A DNA stretch of 64,000 bases from Raja brachyura (taxonomy: Eukaryota): contig OY740795.1 of NCBI GenBank assembly GCA_963514005.1, positions 39,308,001 through 39,372,000 of the forward strand, written 5' to 3'. Position 1 is the first letter of the stretch. Every line of letters begins with the position of its first letter. Both the position numbers and the translations under genes were made by a program. This document shows, in pieces, positions 62,980 through 64,000 of the stretch. Under the pieces are notes generated by a model, which saw nothing but the letters and a program-made list of their open reading frames with translations, did not search any database and was not told where the DNA came from.

Positions 62980-63900
62980 GGGATTAGGTTAGGTTCCTGG
63001 CGATATGGATGCCTTGGAACTGTTCATCATCTCTACAGCAACCTCATCGATGTGTACAAGGCTGTGGTCACACCCTTTCCCTCCCCCACCCCACTTCCAC
63101 AAATCAACAACCAACTCTTCCATCTTGCTGACATTAAGGGCCAGGTTAACAACCTGACACAATGTACTTTCCTGTACTTTCTCTTTATCATTGATGTAAA
63201 TACAGCCACACTGATATCACAGGCAAACTTACAAGAGATGGCGTTGAGATAATCTGGTAGAGATGCTTTGTTGCTTGAGATTTCTCCCAGCTTCAGCTTG
63301 TAGCCCGTGATCGTATCAGGCCCAGCCCCTTTAACCTGGCAACCACTTCATTAAATTGTTTTGGAATTATCTTTTGGCATCGCTGGTAGCCTCGTGGAGA
63401 TGAAAACGGTGACGACTGAGGTATATTCAATTAGGCGGGATGATGTGATCTTGAACATCGTCCAGTCCACCGATTCAAAGAGTCCTGAATTAGAATCTCA
63501 GCCTCCACAGACTGTTGCTCTATTACTGTCTTCATGAGGTGACTCGCGTTTCAGTCATCCTTCGTAGGCTAGCAGGAGCAGCACCAACAGATGATCAAAC
63601 TGGCCAAAATGAGGGCGAGGGAATTCCATCAAATAGACCTACTTGATGGTGGTGTTGCAGTTAACATTCTGTGTGGGGCAGGAGCAATGGCGATGCTATT
63701 TGGAGAGGACTTCCCTGAAGTTGCCGGTGATGATGGAAAGGACATCATGGTTAACAATCAAACATTATTTCTCCAGTCCCACCTCAGTGTTGGCTTAAGA
63801 TAGTATGTAGACTGCCAACAAGATTGTATAATGGAATATCCTTGGTAGATAAACGAGATGGCAGGTATTCTAGATCAGAGGAGCAGAATTGTGCCGAACC
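62980..63900 (-). mobile_element. Decayed Rex-Babar LINE internal fragments
   Basis: Reverse complement of tccagtccaccgattcaaag reads FESVDW, and tcgtatcaggcccagcccc resembles the Rex linker region; frameshifted. Confidence 0.55.
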
Positions 63901-64000
63901 ATCACATTAGTGCAACACAAAGTATTGACCATCCTATATAATAACTACTCTTCAGTGAGAAGAATGTTAGAGGACAATATTTCAGCAAGAAAGATTGAAC

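Noticed and set aside
194-63803. Remaining short ORFs (60-150 aa) in the six-frame track
   Set aside because: They are antisense or alternative frames of repeats and FAM53B, or random ORFs with no recognisable domain or splice support.

Overview
Vertebrate genomic DNA. The repeat landscape (CR1 LINEs, tRNA-derived HE1/V-type SINEs, Rex-Babar remnants, Penelope-like fragments) suggests a cartilaginous fish, probably a skate or ray; this is an inference. One host gene is visible: FAM53B on the minus strand, with three coding exons at 60313-60390 (78 nt CDS), 55500-55554 (55 nt) and 35136-35920 (785 nt). All have canonical GT-AG sites and join in frame into 306 codons. The first non-coding exon and the last coding exon were not found and probably lie outside the window. 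The rest is intron, with many retroelements and MITEs. The most notable signal is a dispersed family of more than 20 Penelope-like pseudo-LTR fragments carrying a minimal hammerhead ribozyme motif (CTGAAGA-A-GGGT-CTCG-ACCC-GAAAC-GTC/GTT). Many are about 90-300 bp units with 9-14 bp target-site duplications, and several are inverted (hairpin) pairs. Also notable: a uORF cluster over the FAM53B start codon, apparent loss of a conserved S-T-P motif, potential for a frame-shifting exon-4 circRNA, two MITE families with shared termini, and a possible Helentron-type element. Repeat boundaries are by eye unless a TSD fixes them.
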